Positions 61,374 through 64,000 of a DNA stretch of 64,000 nucleotides are shown here, one piece after another (the stretch's first letter is position 1; the number at the start of each line of letters is the position of its first letter). The DNA comes from Clostridia bacterium. GTDB taxonomy: Bacteria > Bacillota > Clostridia > Christensenellales > CAG-917. Both the position numbers and the translations under genes were made by a program. The notes below the pieces were generated by a model. The model ran no database searches. It had not been told where the DNA came from and saw only the letters and a program-made list of their open reading frames with translations. Location: assembly GCA_017618055.1 (NCBI GenBank), contig JAFZVB010000005.1, positions 91,139-155,138 on the forward strand, given 5' to 3'.

Positions 61374-62638
61374 TAACTTATCTTAGCCACACAAGTTGCA
61401 CCTGGTTTTCTAATTGCAACCTTAAATACGGACTCCTCTCCGAATATTTCATTAAATTGTTCTTGTGCTGCATCTGAACGGTTCTTCTTAACAAATACTA
61501 AGATAGTACCTGCAAAACCACCACCGTGTACTCTATATGCAACAACACCTTTTATTTTTGCCACTTTGTCTAGACCATCTTCTATATTGTGGTTGCCGGC
61601 TTTCTCTGAATAACAATTCTTGAGTTTGTATCTTGAACTTTGCCCGGATTCATTTATGCAGGATAGGAATGTCTTTTCATCTTTTCTTTGTACTGCTCTA
61701 AATGCTTTTTCTACTCTTTCGTTTTCTTCAAAGAAGTGCTCTGCTCTGTCTATTGCTCTGTCTCCAACAACATTTCTAATTTCTTCCTTCTTTGCTGCAA
61801 ACTCTGCTGGGTTTACTTCTCTTAAGATGTCTTTACCAAAATACTTTGCAACAGCATTCATTTCGCTCTTAATTGCTGCATAGTCATCTGTTAAATCACT
61901 ATGATCTCCACCAGTTGCAATTACAAAAACATCTAGGTTCTTAAATTCCCAAACTGTGCTCTCTATTGTAGGAGCTTTTAAGTTTGCAAAATCCATTAAG
62001 GAAACACCACCTGCAGAGATGGTTAATTGGTCCATTAAACCTGAAGGTTTAAATAAATAATTATTTTCACTATATTGGGAAGCGAGGGCTTTAAATGTAA
62101 CATCTAAGTTGTGGTCATTATAGAAAGTATTTAGTATCTCTGCACTCATAAGCTCATAAGCAGAAGATGAGCTAACTCCAGCACCAAGAGGAATAGTTGT
62201 ATGCATTGCTGCTGTGAATCCACCAACTCTCATTCCAGCTTTCTTAAAGTACTCTACAACGCCAATTACAAGCGCCCATGGTCCTTTAATTTCTTTGTTT
62301 GGTGTGAAGTCTTTATTTGTGTCTACTTCTACCATAAATCCGTCTTTCCAAATACGGATGATTCCATCTGAACTTGGAGATACAACTGCTGCTATATCTA
62401 TGGATACTGCTGCTGCAATTACCTTCCCGCCATTATGATCTGTATGGTTTCCTACTAATTCAATTCTTCCTGGAGATGAGAAGAAAAAGTCTCCCATCTT
62501 TCCAAATTGTTCTTCATACTCTCCAAGGAGAGTAGCATATCTTGCTGTGATTTCGTCTGTGGTGAGTCCATAAAGGGATACACAATCATTTAAGAATGAA
62601 GAATTGCGTCTTAAAATGTTAAAATAATCTGTTGCCAT
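61373..62638 (-). CDS. galK: Galactokinase (GHMP kinase family)
   Basis: 421 aa: SPGRIELVGNHTDHNGG, GHMP motif PLGAGVSSSSA. It is divergent from galT. Confidence 0.8.
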   Translation of the reverse strand: MATDYFNILRRNSSFLNDCVSLYGLTTDEITARYATLLGEYEEQFGKMGDFFFSSPGRIELVGNHTDHNGGKVIAAAVSIDIAAVVSPSSDGIIRIWKDGFMVEVDTNKDFTPNKEIKGPWALVIGVVEYFKKAGMRVGGFTAAMHTTIPLGAGVSSSSAYELMSAEILNTFYNDHNLDVTFKALASQYSENNYLFKPSGLMDQLTISAGGVSLMDFANLKAPTIESTVWEFKNLDVFVIATGGDHSDLTDDYAAIKSEMNAVAKYFGKDILREVNPAEFAAKKEEIRNVVGDRAIDRAEHFFEENERVEKAFRAVQRKDEKTFLSCINESGQSSRYKLKNCYSEKAGNHNIEDGLDKVAKIKGVVAYRVHGGGFAGTILVFVKKNRSDAAQEQFNEIFGEESVFKVAIRKPGATCVAKIS

Positions 62639-62746
62639 TTCATTTCCCTTAGTTTATAATTTAATAAATTAGTTTTTAAATTATACCACACAACAATTTA
62701 ATTTTGCAATAAAATCCAGCTCTTGTTGGTATTTATTCGGAGGATT

Positions 62747-64000
62747 ATGAGCAATTCAATTAACACCTTAGAAAAAGCAAAACAAGCAGTTAATGCTTTA
62801 GTTAACTATGCCTATGAAAAATTGGGTATGCCAGATGTAGATTTAATCTATGCAAAAAATGCACTTTTAGACATCCTTAAAATTGCAGAACCATCTGATG
62901 TTACGGATCCAAGTAAAGACATTTATTATCTTTTAGATAATATCTGTGCATATGCTATCGAACAAGGTCTCACTACAAAGGATGAAGAAATCAACTTCCA
63001 AACAAGACTAATTGGAGCAATTACCCCTCCACCAAGTTCTGTTATAGAAGAATTTGAAAACATTGCATATAGAGATGGAAATATGGAAGCTGCAAAATGG
63101 CTATATGATTTCGGTTGGAAGACAACATATATGCGCAAACCAGACATAGACAAAAACATTATGTGGAGTTGTGATGGCAAGTATGGAAAAATAGATATAA
63201 CTATTAACCTTTCTAAACCAGAGAAAACTCCAGAACAAATTGCCAAGGCAAAACTTGCACAATCTGGTTATCCAAAATGTATGCTTTGTATAGAAAACGT
63301 TGGTTTTGTTGGCAATGCTGCACGTCCAGCACGTCAAACACTTAGAACTATACCTATTGAATTAGGTGGCGAAGAATGGAACTTCCAATTCTCTCCATAC
63401 AACTATTTCCAAGAACATCTAATTGCTTTTGCAACAGAACATAGACCAATGAAGATAAGCAGAGACACATTCGTAAGAATGGCAGACTTTGTTGATATCT
63501 TTGAAGACTATTTTATTGGCTCTAATGCAGACCTCCCTATCGTTGGTGGTTCAATCCTTGCTCATGACCATTACCAAGGTGGTGCAAAGGTATTACCAAT
63601 CTTTAGTAGAGGATCAAGAAAGAACTTCTTCTTCATTGGATATCCTAATGTAAATGTTTCTATAGTAGACTGGTACAACTCTGTTGTAAGAATTGAAAGC
63701 AAGATCAAGTCACAAGTTATCGAAGTTGCAGAAACATTTAGAAAGGCTTGGGAAAACTATTCAGACGAAGCTGTTGGTATCCTTGCAAATACAAATGGTG
63801 AACCACACAACACCATCACTCCAATTATGTGCATGAATAATGGCGAATATAGATTAGACTTAATCTTAAGAAACAACAGAACAGATAAAGAACATCCATA
63901 TGGAATATATCATCCAACAGAAGATATGCACAATATCAAGAAAGAAGGTATTGGAATTATCGAAGCAACAGGAAGATTTATTTTGCCAGGACGTTTAGAA
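62747..64000 (+). CDS. galT: Galactose-1-phosphate uridylyltransferase, Firmicute (type 2) form, truncated at the right edge
   Basis: Open frame from ATG 62747 (after GGAGG) to the window end, 418 codons. Contains YPKCMLCIENVGF.GNAARPARQTLR, WNFQFSPYNYFQEHLIAF..EHRPMKI. It is absent from the ORF track because it has no stop. Confidence 0.9.
   Translation, partial: MSNSINTLEKAKQAVNALVNYAYEKLGMPDVDLIYAKNALLDILKIAEPSDVTDPSKDIYYLLDNICAYAIEQGLTTKDEEINFQTRLIGAITPPPSSVIEEFENIAYRDGNMEAAKWLYDFGWKTTYMRKPDIDKNIMWSCDGKYGKIDITINLSKPEKTPEQIAKAKLAQSGYPKCMLCIENVGFVGNAARPARQTLRTIPIELGGEEWNFQFSPYNYFQEHLIAFATEHRPMKISRDTFVRMADFVDIFEDYFIGSNADLPIVGGSILAHDHYQGGAKVLPIFSRGSRKNFFFIGYPNVNVSIVDWYNSVVRIESKIKSQVIEVAETFRKAWENYSDEAVGILANTNGEPHNTITPIMCMNNGEYRLDLILRNNRTDKEHPYGIYHPTEDMHNIKKEGIGIIEATGRFILPGRLE

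Noticed and set aside
62926-63337. Minus-strand ORFs 62926-63246 and 63101-63337
   Set aside because: They lie antisense inside the clearly recognisable galT open frame, which the ORF track omits only because it has no stop in the window.

Overview
This is an AT-rich chromosomal segment, roughly one-third GC by eye. It looks like a low-GC Gram-positive anaerobe (Bacillota-like): standard genetic code, mostly SD-led genes, lipobox lipoproteins and Lgt. About 58 protein genes are tightly packed, mostly on the minus strand, and nearly all are housekeeping. From left to right: ApbE (partial), DegV, a cysteine desulfurase with proA, yebC, the infC-rpmI-rplT-trmH block, thrS, a GH2 beta-galactosidase, and the Bacillus-type dnaG-sigA-trmK-nif3-Zn-ribbon block, here with two tandem sigA-like genes. 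Next comes a GLUG-repeat lipoprotein, then a 9-gene operon headed by a tungsten-type aldehyde:ferredoxin oxidoreductase and followed by pterin-cofactor genes (moaD-like, thiF-like, mogA, moeA x2, moaA, moaC, MOSC). That operon is divergent from tupABC tungstate uptake. After that: a polyferredoxin, desulfoferrodoxin, an acetyltransferase, a pyrR-led pyrimidine operon (pyrR-pyrC-carB-pyrK-pyrD-pyrF-pyrE-pyrB), an M18 aminopeptidase, ppdK, corA, an acidic membrane protein, addAB, a lipoprotein, pncB-lgt-galK and a partial divergent galT. I found no rRNA, tRNA, CRISPR array, IS or transposase, integrase, prophage, or recognisable defence or toxin-antitoxin module, and I cannot honestly point to a clear novel multi-gene system. 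The items most worth follow-up are: (1) tandem full-length primary-type sigma-70 paralogs; (2) PyrB fused to only the zinc domain of PyrI; (3) a pyr operon without carA; (4) a tungsten island with a dedicated MoaD/ThiF pair but no MoaE, and a structured tupA leader that may be a Moco/Wco riboswitch; (5) a tRNA-Thr anticodon-like hairpin next to the thrS SD where a T-box would be expected; (6) three lipoprotein genes whose promoters abut the ATG with no SD, suggesting leaderless mRNAs. All functional calls come from reading motifs in the supplied translations; no database search was run.
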